Source: Monocercomonoides exilis PA203
Lineage: Eukaryota; Protista; Preaxostyla
NCBI GenBank assembly: GCA_001643675.2
Contig: LSRY02000038.1
Location: 682,001-746,000, forward strand
DNA: 64,000 bases
Direction of reading: 5' to 3'
Made by a program: the position numbers and the translations under genes. Shown here piece by piece: positions 52,570 through 64,000 of this stretch (the stretch's first letter is position 1; every line of letters begins with the position of its first letter). The notes below the pieces were generated by a model. It did no database searches. It was not told the origin of the DNA and was given only the letters and a program-made list of their open reading frames with translations.

Positions 52570-54240
52570 CTCTTAATTATTCTCTTCTTTCTGCAGAATC
52601 TTTCTTTCGATATTTCTCTGTTTTTCGTTTGATCTCTTCTCAACTTAATATTCATTCCACACATCCTTGTCTTTCCTCATTGTTAATCTTTTGATAATCT
52701 TCAATTATTACTTTCTATCGCATACACTTTTTCATTTCTTTTCTTTATTCGATTATCTTTTTAATCGTCTCATTCGCATTTCCTCTCCGAACCCTCTATC
52801 ATAGCATGGTCTTCCTTCTCTTTATCACTCTTTTCTTCTTCTTCTTCTTTGAATTCACTTTGTTTAATTTCTTTTCTTCCGTAATAAATTTCTTCCATTC
52901 TCCTTCTTAAATCTCACAATCTCTGAAGAGGAAGAACATAAAGAAATCCTATCAGATGCTTTGGTTGATGACGAAAAAGATGCAATACAATGTTATGATT
53001 TTAATGAATTGGAAGGCAAAGAGGAAGTATAATAATAATAACGATTTATTTGTTCATTTTCTTCATCAGCAGCGCCTAAATGGCAGCAGAGGAATAGATT
53101 TGAACAGAATGCATGCCAGACAGAACCACAGAAAATGATTCAGATGCAATCAGAGAATAAATATGCAGATGAGAAGAAGAAAGAGAAGAAGAAGAAGGAG
53201 GAGGAGGAGGAGGAGATATAGAAGAATCTTTTGATTGAGGAGTGTTTCTTTCACCTCTGTCATATTTAGTCACGGGGGCAGGGCTGATGAATGAAAAATG
53301 TGTTTCGGAAGGAGATGGAAAAAACTTGGAATTATCGTCTTCTCTTGTGATTGAGGATGATAGGGTGAATGGATTCTTTTGTAGAGAGTGTTTGTGGTAG
53401 AGGAGGGGCAGGAAGAGGAAGAAGAGATAATGAATTGTTAGAGGATGATTCTGAAGTGAAAGAAGAAGAAGAAAAAGAAGGTCCATCATTTCCATAAGTC
53501 GAACATTTGGCTTCTTTGAAAGTTGAAATAACAATTGACAAAAAGAATGATGATGCTGAACACAAGAAAGTTGGCATTCTTTCCTGAAGGTGAATCAAAA
53601 GTGGTAGAGTTATATTTCTGTATGATTGAAATTAAGAAGCACATCTCTCTGGCGAAATTTCATAAGCCAATAAATCCAATCAAAGAAAAAAAGGGAATGG
53701 TGGAATATGCATAATCACCAAAGTTTGTAATTTGAATCTTAAAAATTGCAAACTCATTCTAAGATGCAACATGAGAATTTGATGGCTATTCAAACAACAA
53801 ATTCTCTTATACGAAAAAGGCGTTCTTTTCATTGGTCAAGTAAAAATATCTTCAATGAAGAGATCGAAGGAGAAGGAGAAGGAGAAGGAGAAGAAACCAC
53901 ATAATCTGCAAAAATGCTGATTGAAATGGATTGTCCCTAGGAATGGCGCTCAATATAAAAAATGCTGTTGGTTGGAATGGAAAAAATATTAAAAACAAAA
54001 ATAGAAATAATTATAATTAGTTTTATATTGATAAAAAATATTCCTCAAAAGAACATTTACACCCTTCCTATCGCAAATGCAGAGGATTGTTCAATCACTG
54101 AAGCTGCTAATCTCCTTTTCCATTGTTTCGCAGTGCTCCTTTCTCCATCATCCTTTTTTTCCCACATAAATATCCTGCTTTTGATATTGCCATCCTCATT
54201 CCTTATCAAAAATATATCTCATCATTTTTTCCCAAGTGCT
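52570..54240 (-). pseudogene. Decayed low-complexity hypothetical gene
   Basis: Ser-rich and E/K/R-rich codon-like fragments with many stops. Confidence 0.3.
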
Positions 54241-54695
54241 GTCCAATTGTTAGAAATCTTCTTTGTAGAAAAAAGTTTCACACTTGAATAAACAGAGAAT
54301 ATTAAATAATAATTAATGATCACATTTCGAATTGTTCTGAAAACGCTTTTTTTCTATTTTTTCAAAATAGCTAATTACCCAGGATTTTATTTTTTATCTT
54401 TAAACCGGGTTTGATAAAGCTTTTGCGAGAAAGATGAATTTTTACAAGTTTTTTCTTAAATAACAATAAAGTGATGATTTTTGTTGAAAGATTGAATAAT
54501 TATACTAGCTGCAGAGCTGTTGAAACAAAAAAGTCTAATATTTGGGAAATATATATTTGTATTATATACCGGTTAATTTTTTTGGTCACTATTTATCATT
54601 GTGGAAATATATCTCTAATGGGTAATTTATGAACTTGAAAATAGGTGTTATACAAAGGTTGATCAGAATTTATTCATTGAAGTGATCTTTAAAGA

Positions 54696-57180
54696 ATGTT
54701 TGGGGGAGTTAATATTTCTCCAAATTGCGATATCGATTTACCCACAAGAAGGGACATCACAGCCTATTTCAACAGTTTACGTGAAACAAAGCGGGAAAGA
54801 TGAAAACAGCGGATTGGCAATCGGTCAGGAAAAGCCATCATTGAAGGATGCATATGATAGGTTGGGGAATAATATTGCGTGCAACATGAAAATTGTTTAT
54901 GACGATGACCCATTGACTGCAGAAGCCATTTCATTCAACAAAGAACATGGAATTACGATAGAAGGATGGAAAAGTGATGAAAGTGGAAACACTGAAGGTG
55001 CAATTGATTGTAACGTTCAACCAGGAAGAAACCTTTTCGAATGCAAGGGCATGGTGGAATTTAAATGCTTGTCGTTTTATTTTCCAACAACACTGAGAAG
55101 ACAGGGGCAAGGATTCGAATCACTTTATTTGATATACGGCCATATGGCATCGTTGTCAATAAGCAATTGCAGATTTATTCGACCTGAAGCCGGCTATGAT
55201 ATGGTCGATTATAGACTTGTGGACACATCTGGAGGATCATTGACGATGGAGTCACTTGAGTGCACAGATGAAGGAAATACATTAACATTAAGGGATGAAC
55301 TGTTTCGCATAAATGAAGCTGAAGCGGTGATATTGTCTAATTTGACTTTGAAGAAGATTGTGGCACTTGATTTTCACGTCATTAATATTTTAAATTCCGA
55401 AAATAACAAAATTGATGTTATCTTGAATGGGAGCACTTTTACAGAGTTAAAAGGAACACAATCGATTTTATTTGTTGGAATCAGCAACAGCAGCAGCACG
55501 TTTTCTGTTGGAGATGGGGGTGTCACAACTTTTTCGTCATGTAGTTGCGATTATTATAATGGCTGTGGAGGAATATATTTGAAATTGTTTAACATTAAAT
55601 CGGCAAGTCAGATTAAATGGCCCGAAAATGGAAGGAATCTGATATTTGACAAATGCACATCTGGAAGAGGCTCGTGGGAGAGTGGAGTATACATCCATGG
55701 AGATGATCACACTATGTTTGAAGAAATAGCAGCAGCAATGAAGAAAAGTTTCGCAGCTAATTATACGCGGAAGGATAATCTTATGTCCGTTATAGGATAC
55801 AGCGAAGATGATGAAATGCGATACGTTTTTGTTCTTTGTTTTATTGATCAAACTGGAAAATTCTTTGTTAAGAACAGTGGAATTGGAGAAGGATTGACAA
55901 GTGATGAACCATCGAGTTCATTGAAAATTACATGTGAATACATGAATTTAATTCCTTTTACCGACAGATTCTACATCGAGGTTGTGAAAGATGACGATCC
56001 ATTGACAGCAGAAGAAATTATAATTAGCAACGAAAAGGGAGTAACCATGGAGGGAGTGAACAGTGACGGAAATGGAAATGTGGAGGTGGCCATAGACTGT
56101 GATGTTAGAAAAACTACTTCTCTATTCACATGCGAAAAAGAGGTGGAATTCAAGTATTTGGCGTTCAATTTTCCCATGTCCGGTACAGAATGGAATTCTT
56201 TGATTTTTGGAACTGAAATGTCAACGTCACTTACGATCAACAATTGTCGATTTGTCAGAATTGGAACACAATCACCAGATGAAATGACTTCAAATGGCGC
56301 TGAAGATGATGAAGATGATTTTTCTGTTGGCAGTCTTGTGAGCGTTGTTGGTGGGAAAGTTATTATGAACACTGTTTCGTGCGTAGATGACAGCAGTACT
56401 GTCTCATTTTCATCGTCTGTTCTTTCATTTAAAGACACCAACGAAGTGTCTTTGAATGGGGTAGATATCAGCAATGTGAAAATTTTTGCGAGTCCTGCAG
56501 TTTTTATTTTGAATTCAGAAGACAAAGCTGCGAAAATTGTCGTTGAGGGATTGAATATCAAGGATGCGAATTCGGAGAAGGGAGATACAGCTGGCTTGGA
56601 GATTATTCTGTACTCAGAAGAATCAACAGTGGCGATTGGAAGGACAAGAAAATGTTCATTCAAGTCATGCACAGCACCAAAAGGGAAAGCAGGTGCAATG
56701 GCCATTGTCATGCCAAAGGCAACATCGAACCTTCAACTTCCTTCTGCAAACAACCTGGAGATTGACAGCTCAAACACAGCAAATTCCACAGCAAGATCAA
56801 TATGCATCATTGCCCCAGATTTTGATGAGTTCTGCAAACAAGAAGGCTCATTCGAATTTGCGAATGATTATGACAATTCAACAGCTGGGTGGATTGTGGG
56901 AGCAAAAGATACAGAATCAGAGCCCGAGGACGCGTATGAGAAATATATGAAAGCGAAACAAGATCGAATCGATGAACGAATCAGAGAGCAAGAGAGAGAG
57001 CAAGACAGAAAGCAAAAAGAAAAGAAAAGAAGGATGATTGTAGCCATTGTTGTGCCGATAGTTGTCGTTGTTGTTGTTGCAATTGTTGTGGTTGTGGTTG
57101 TTTTTGTGGTTGTCAAGAAAAGGAAGGCTAAAAGCAACAAAGATGGAAGCAAAGAACAAGAAATGAGTAGCCAGGAGTAG
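54696..57180 (+). CDS. Type-I membrane surface protein: two tandem ~360-aa beta-helix-like modules, charged stalk, Val-rich TM helix, KKRK cytosolic tail; apparent +1 frameshift just after the ATG
   Basis: 832-aa open frame ending TAG at 57180. Internal duplication (DDDPLTAE…GxTxEGxxSDxxGNxExAIDC…LFxC…VEFKxLxFxFP occurs twice). TM segment IVAIVVPIVVVVVVAIVVVVVVFVVV. The ATG at 54696 is one base out of frame with the hydrophobic N-terminus. Confidence 0.85.
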
Positions 57181-58489
57181 GATTGAGATTTCCAATTCTT
57201 TTAGAGTTTTTTTTATAGTTTCATATTAGATATATTTGTGAATATCATAGTGTCTTTTTTGTCTATTCTTCCTCATTAATCACATTGAAAATGTGATTGT
57301 TAATAGAAATGTTATTCATAGACTTATTTCATTTCACACACCATTTATTATTCATCATCAACAATTTTTCGTTCAATTCAGAAGGTTTTTTTAACTTGTT
57401 TTGAAATTTCTTGTAAATTTCAATAATTATTTCCTGAGAAATTTGTTATCAATTCTTTACAATACCAATTTTTTCAAAGAAGAATAAAAGAATTGTTTGT
57501 TTGATCAAAAAAGGATTTACTTTTCTGGCCTTATCCAGCTAAGTTTTTTGTTTGCATTTATTTTTTTTGTTTGTTTATATTATTTACCGTTTTTTGAGAA
57601 GCAAGGCCATCTGCGAAAATATTGCGCTGGTTTAATTTTGTCAGGGAATCAACAATGTTTGATGTTTTTGTGAATTGAAATGAACGACTGGACTTATATG
57701 CACAAATAGGAAACAATTTAATATGTCCAGGATTGAGGCTTCATCGAATGAAGAAACTTTTTACAGATTAATCGAACCATCACCAGCATGATAATTTTTG
57801 AGTTTGATTCATTTAAATTGTTGTCAAAAAGTGAAAAGCTTTTAATTTATGAATTTTTTTTGCTTCTTTTAATAGGAATGTTTGATGAATTGAAAGACTG
57901 TGGAAATGGTGTGCAAAGACAGAAAAACCGTGAAATTTATGGAATGATTGAAAAAATAGGACAAAATTTATGCTTTTATAAATAAAAACCTACGATTTAT
58001 TCCAAACTTATTCTGCTTTCATATCATAATTAGTATAACATTATTAAACATTAAATATTTTTTCTAACTTATTCATAATATAAAAATATTTTGAATTCTA
58101 TGAACAAACACGATATTTGAGGAAATAACAAGAGAAGATATATGAACGGTATGACAAAGATCATTGCTTTTATTGTTAAAATAAAGAATAGGCGAAGAAG
58201 CAAAATAGATTTGTCTGTGCTACCGTTGAATATTTGTTATTATCCGTGTTAATTTGAACATCATAATCACGATTGGGAAAGGCAAGATTCCTAGTTCAAA
58301 CGGAAATCGAAAGGAGTGGCTATGTTCATGGGAAATACAGAATTAAATAGTTTTTCAAGAAATGATAAAAAGAAAAAGAATTTACCAAAGATGGCGTAGA
58401 AGAAAGAATGTCCATTTGATTGTTCTTTGTCTTTCTTCCTCTTCTTCCTCATCCTCATCCTCATCATCATTACCATATTCACAGTCATC

Positions 58490-59700
58490 GCCTTCGCATC
58501 AATCTTACACTTCTAGTTTTCATCCGTCTTCTTCGACGTACGCAAATTATCCGCATCCGAAGGGTACCTAAAGCTGATGCTGGGCTCAATGATCCACGGC
58601 TACCATCCCCAACGGGAGTATCGGGCTTTTGAGCATAGCACGTTCCTCCGTCTCCAATGGAAGATCTTTCGCAGTTTGTTGAAGATACCTCCTTGAAGCT
58701 GGAAGCGTTTTCAGCGTCCAAAACACGGCGTCTTGTGATTGACGTGAGGAGAAACAGGGGAGGCATGATCGGGCTTGCGAATGCGCTGTTCCACCTGCTG
58801 TTTCCTCGCGTCTTTCCCGTCTATGCGAAGGAGGAGGTGGTCAACACGGTACTAGCGAGGAATTTCATTGAAAGTTACAGATTGATGACTTATCAGAACC
58901 CAAAATCGAAGGAGGAAAATAAAAGGAAATTGGCAGAGTCGTCAGAAATGCGAAATGTAATGAATGAAAAAAGCACAGAAAATTCATTTGGAACGGCATA
59001 TTTCGTGAAACAAGTGCTAAGTAACTTGCTTTCTTTTCTTCAAAAGTCACTTCATTTGTTGTCATTCCACAAATTGTCTTCAAACCGACACGGCAAATCT
59101 AACATTGAAAAATGCAAGGTCTTGCCGTATAGTTGAACTGAAAATTGTTACAATCCCACTTCACAACACATTTTACCAAACTCTCTTGACATTCATTCCT
59201 ACTCTCCTTTGAATAAAACATGCCTGTCGCGCTTTTATCCAAAACATGCTTCTTCATCATCCGCTGTGTCTGTTGCGTTCACACAAGTATTCTGACCGAA
59301 TACGAAACGCTTGCCATTCTCGACGATTTACTTTCTCTCAATATTACAAAAGAGGAAGGAAGCGAAGAGACGAGTAAAGAGCGGAGATAATCTGTTCAGT
59401 TTGCTGTGAACAAAGAGCGGATGCCTTTCTTTGAAGCAGAACTGGAAAAGGAGCGGTGGGAGGGGAAGATGCTGTGAGGCGATGGATGTTGTGGTCATCA
59501 CGGAAGGGACGGTGTGAGAGCGAATGAAGTCAGTTTGTGAAGCACATACGCGAGGTGAAAGTGGTTGGCTTTGAGGGAAGTTTGCTGTATCATGAGAGCG
59601 CGTTTGATGCCGGTGGAATTGGCGGAGGATTGGAATAGATGGAAATCTGGGGTGTGAGTGATTCGGATTCGTTGAGACTGAAAAGGGAATGGGAAGAAGA
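58490..59700 (+). pseudogene. Peptidase S41 (tail-specific protease-like) relic
   Basis: LVIDVRRNRGG (58732-58764) matches the S41 IDLRxNxGG motif. VVITEG/CESE*SQFVKHIREVKVVGFEG (59488-59578, across a frameshift) matches the TDGxCxSxC…VxxGG catalytic-Ser region of eukaryotic S41 proteins. Confidence 0.6.
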
Positions 59701-59844
59701 TGAAGCAGCAGAAGCATATGAAGCAAAAAAAAATGTGAAGGATAACGATACTATGATTCAAATTGGAGAGAAAAAGTTACAAGAAGAGGTTGAAGAAAAG
59801 AACGAGAGAAAACAAAATCACAGAAATAAGCCGAAATATCATTA

Positions 59845-59983
59845 TCTTCTTTCTTCTTCTCCTTCTTCTTCTTCTTCTTCTTCTTCTTCTTCTTCTCCTT
59901 CTTCTCCTTCTTCTCCTTCTTCTCCTTCTTCTCCTTCTCCTTCTTCTCCTTCTTCTCCTTCTCCTTCTCCTTCTCCTTCTTCC
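59845..59983. repeat. (TTC)/(TTCTCC)/(TTCTTCTCC)n compound microsatellite
   Basis: Directly visible. Confidence 0.9.
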
Positions 59984-60540
59984 TTTCATTTTTTTCGTTC
60001 ATCATCTTCTTTTTCTTTCCTCTTCCAAAGCCGTCCTTATCCTCGTATGGTTGTCCATCCAATCGAAGGATGTTGGTGGATGAGAGTCCATTCAGAAGCC
60101 GTCACCGCGATGCACTGTGTGGAGAGATATCATTCCTGATCACAATCTCTTTCGAATCAGCTGTGAAGTTCCTGTCGATCAGCACGCTTGAAGTTATTTG
60201 GAGCTTCAAACAAGCAGCGGAAAAAAGAGGATGAGCAGCCAATGAAATGAATGCTGGAGATAATAGTGTTGTTGATAACAGCAGAAACAGAACAAAATAT
60301 ACAGCCAAACAATCAAGTAGTACATAACCATCTCTGCCTTCTTCATCTTCAAAAGACTCACTCGTCATGCTCTCCTCCCCTCTCACAGGAGATGTGTGTT
60401 GTGAGTGGCGTGGATTCAAAATGCGCATGTGTTAGCGACATCCGGATTTGATTGGAGGATTCCTTTGTCGAATCTGAATACACTCCGTTTACTTGGAGAG
60501 AAGAAGTGGTTCAGAGTGGTGGAAATGAGGATTATCTTAT

Positions 60541-60610
60541 CTCTCTCTCTCTATCTATCTATCTATCTCTCTATCTCTATCTCTATCTCTATCTCTATCT
60601 CTCTATCTCT
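60541..60610. repeat. (CT)n/(CTAT)n/(CTCTAT)n microsatellite
   Basis: Directly visible. Confidence 0.9.
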
Positions 60611-61029
60611 TTGGACAGAACAATCAGAATTTTGGGCATTCTGTCGCGAATGTGTGTGCAGAAGGTGTCTGCATGGGATGAAGCATCCCAAGCAAACATT
60701 GTTTCAATGCCACTGTGCAAACACTTTGATAAAGCTGAAAAGAAAAAAAAGATGACGAAGCAGGAATACAACAGCAGAAGAAACTCAACAAATACAGCAA
60801 TTGGATATAATTCTGGGAAGAGTGGAAGAAAAAATGAGTCGAATGCAAATGACGAAGGAAAAAAAAAGAGAGAAAGAGAAAGAGAACAAAATGGAAGATG
60901 AAAAGGAGCGGACAAAGAAACAACAGAAAAAGAAAAGTCTGGTTGCGATGAAGAAGGAGTTGGAGAAAAAGGAGAATGCGAACGTGATGGGCAGCAAGCG
61001 GCTGTTCTTGTAACGCGTCATCAACCTCC

Positions 61030-61620
61030 CCGACTGCTATGCGCTACACCACAGAACACCGATCGCCTCCATCATCTACAGCTTCGTCTTCGATCATCTG
61101 ATTACGATCGACATCAGCTTCGTGGTGAATGTGTGGAAAATGGCAACAGGACAGATGGCGTTCCGCTTCGCTCTCCCGCACTTCGACTCTCCACTCTGTT
61201 CTTGTTTTGATCAGAGCGAGAAAAGGCTCATCGGCAGCGCCTACGACGGAATGGCATTTATCACCAACTACAACACAGGTGCTGTATTTGGAAAGGTGTA
61301 TCCTGTTGCACATCCAATATCAGATGTGCAAGGCTTGACGCATGCAATCAACCAGCCGAACTTGAGGCTCATCTTCACCTTCGGCAATTTGCAGAATACA
61401 GCAGGTTATTTACAGCTTGCTTTTCCATCAACTTCTCAGTCGTCTTACTCGTCGTTGAACGAGAACTCGTCCAACCCAAATCCGATAGCACACTTTCTCT
61501 TCGCCATCGCCAATGTCTAGTACATGGGAGATGTCACAAGTCCCACGCTCAGCTCGCCTTTTCTGCAGCAACAGCATCAACTGACGGAGTGATTGTGCTG
61601 TGGAACATAGACTGCAACTT
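61030..61620 (+). pseudogene. WD40-repeat protein fragment (WDR49/EFCAB8-like pattern)
   Basis: TASSDH…VVNVWKMATGQMAFRF…H…CFDQSEKRLIGSAYDGMAFITNYNTG, and downstream ATASTDGVIVLWNID in another frame. Confidence 0.55.
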
Positions 61621-63748
61621 TTCGAAGAAGGGTTTTATCACCTATTAGTATCATCTGGAGAAGAAGGTGGGGGCGAGAAGAGAAAGAGAAAGTTAAAGAG
61701 AGAAGGATAAGAAGATGAATGAAGATAAAGCTGATTTCATTGACGATTCATGTTTTTTGGAGGCGGATGTACAGGAGTAGGATGGCCAGCAGATGAAGAA
61801 GACGAAGATAGCGGCAACGAAGCTAGCACAAGCGATGCACTGCTCTATGGGAAAGACAAAGAACATCTTTTGTTTGAAGAGAATGAGGCAGGCCGAAAGG
61901 GAGAGTAGGAGAAAGAAGAACCATTTCAACTTGAAATGCTCAATTCTCTGTATTCGACGAAATGACACTCGTCGACTCTTGCAACCATCCAGTCAGCTTC
62001 AGTCTCGCCACTTCAGACAGACCGAGCTGCTCTTTCAAACACCTTTCATAAAGATATCTACTTCATCTACTTAATCCTCTGCACTTTCATCTACACTGCA
62101 GTCACGTGGCTCGCCTATTTCATCTGCTCATCCTTCAAAACAAACACAGAGCATACAGACACATCCTGGTCGAAGGCCAAGAACACACGATACATCATGA
62201 CCGGCCTCAAAATAGACTCTCTGCCTTCGATTACATACTGTGCCAGCTTTCTGTTGCCTTGTTATCAATTTCCATTGTGAGAAGCAATTTTTGATAACAA
62301 GAAAATTAGTTGTATTCAAAATTACCAGTCCATTGGAGATGGGAAAATATTTAAAGGGAAAACAAATGGTTTGACCTTTTTATTAAATTCATTTTCCTTT
62401 AAAGGTGATCTTTCAATGAATACAGTTTTGTTGTGTACAGGAATTCCGGAGAGAGAGAAGCCTTATTATCCTTTCCAATAAAGCCGGGAGTTTTGTAATT
62501 TCACTTGTTTGCATTGCATTCAAAGATGACATTCGTGACTTCTGCCATCTGCTTTGCAAGCTGCATCATTGATCAACTCATCTTTCTTCGCAGTCATCAT
62601 CATTTCCAAAATTGTCTGATGGAAACAGCCATTGAAAGATTTTATGACAAGGCTCGCAATTTTGATGAAGTGGCAGAATTTTATGAAGTGTTAAAGGACA
62701 AAAGAAATTTAAAAGAATTTGAGTTGGAGTTGGAGTTGGAGTGCTTCACGAAGGAGAAGAGGAATGAGGGAGATGCAGTACAGAACAAGAAAACAAGGAA
62801 AAATCGTTGTGAACAAGAAAAATGGCTTTGAGGAAAAAGAAAGTGGAGAAAAGGAAAAAGAGAAGAATGCGGAAGAATCTAACAATTTTGGGGTGAGAAT
62901 AATGCTTATGAAAAAAGAGAGAGACAAAGAGAGAGAAGAGGAAGCAGATGCGAGGAAAGAAGAACATGACAGGAAGAAAACAGACTGATTCTGTTGAAAA
63001 TAAAAGATCTATAAAAAGGTGAAGATTTCACAAAGCCCAAATATATAAAAGCCAAGATAAATACAGGAAAACATAGCAATATTTTAAGAGTCTTTTTGCG
63101 CAAAATCGAGCACATATATAATGAAGAAAACGCAGAAGAAGAAAATGAAGAAGAAGAAGAAGGTTAAAAAAGGAAATAAGGTGTAAAAACGAATAAAGGT
63201 AATAAAACCATTATCTAAAAACTCAAATGCAGGTGGAAAAAAACGATTATTCTCTTCGTCCTCGCTCAACAAAAAGTCGTCACGCTTCTAAAATAAACGA
63301 GCTATTGACAAATCTTGTTTAAGAAGATTCTACAGGGTGTTTGTTGAATTTCCTTTACCAATCCAAAAAAGGTAAACCCTTTCGCAATGATATTGAAACT
63401 ATCTTTAATAGTCTGTATTCAATTATATTGCAACTTTTTTCAATCTGTTCCATTGGCTTATTTTTTCTTTTTATTTTTTTGTGATTCTTTTTTGAAATAG
63501 TGAAAACATTGAGTGTCTTGAAAAATTTAACGCTGTTATACGAATCTTCAAATGCTAATTCAAGCCAACGTTTTACATACAGTTTCTACAGATTTTTCCC
63601 TCCAGGAGTTGTTAAACTCCGGATGGAAAATCGCTCATTCAGAATACTATTACTCCCGCGAAAAACCTGGTAATAGAAACATCGAAAAACAGTCAGAGAT
63701 TTCAGAAATAAATTCCAAAAAAGGTTTGATTTTCTTATGTGAAATGTA

Positions 63749-64000
63749 GGGTCATATTTTTATTAGTACCCATTTTTTTATTAGTACCAAAATTTTTTGA
63801 AATGAAAAAATCTAAAAAAAATTCAAAAAAAAAATACAAAACTCGAATCTAATTTGCGAATGACTTTTCTTTTTCCCTTTCCTCGCTCAATTTCATCGGA
63901 TGATTCTTTCTCGATATCGTTTTCATCTTGAAGTATTTTGAACTTTCTTTTCAGCTTTTTTGTGAAATTCATTGTTTCTTCATTTTCTTCATCAGAAATG
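63749..64000 (-). mobile_element. 3' end of a third pogo-family element (runs off the window)
   Basis: TA|GGGTCA terminus with a doubled TTTTTATTAGTACC motif, aligning to the copy 2 3' TIR. The minus-strand frame ends GKRKVIRKLDSSFVFFF* (stop 63823-63825) vs GKRKIVRRIDSSFVFY* in copy 2. Confidence 0.8.

Noticed and set aside
54682-54695. GTG start given by the ORF track
   Set aside because: Eukaryotic context; a nearby ATG at 54696 with a one-base frameshift explains the N-terminus better.
1-64000. TAA/TAG reassigned to Gln (as in some oxymonads), which would rescue the broken ORFs
   Set aside because: The ~11-kb spliced CDS and the 2.5-kb ORF have no internal TAA/TAG and both end in TAG. 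Stops in the relics fall at positions expected to be W or G, and they co-occur with TGA stops and frameshifts.
1-64000. tRNA, rRNA, prokaryotic operons or defence systems
   Set aside because: No cloverleaf or rRNA-like conserved segments were seen, and the gene structure is spliceosomal-eukaryotic. A covariance search would be needed to exclude small RNAs formally.

Overview
Eukaryotic, AT-rich DNA with GT-AG spliceosomal introns, read in the standard genetic code. It has extreme Glu/Lys/Arg and poly-Ser low-complexity coding tracts and many microsatellites. The style, and one recognisable expanded gene family (24.3-25.7 kb), suggest the oxymonad Monocercomonoides exilis or a close relative; this is an inference. 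One giant spliced minus-strand gene (~10-13295, at least 8 exons, ~3,700 aa, ARM/HEAT-like helices plus low-complexity inserts) looks intact. One type-I membrane surface protein gene (54.7-57.2 kb) looks nearly intact. Most of the rest is a graveyard of pseudogenes and DNA transposons: a hAT element with TIRs and an 8-bp TSD (14102-17239); a decayed element whose reading frame fuses a USP (C19) deubiquitinase to a Sola-like DDD transposase (31.4-34.8 kb, top finding); three related pogo-superfamily elements (44.5-46.5 kb, 48117-50098, 63749-end); and a foldback element with perfect 331-bp arms (47006-47978). The two full-length pogo copies share an intron and a G.U-rich hairpin upstream of the transposase. 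No rRNA, tRNA or CRISPR array was recognised. All homology calls come from motif recognition by eye, not database searches.
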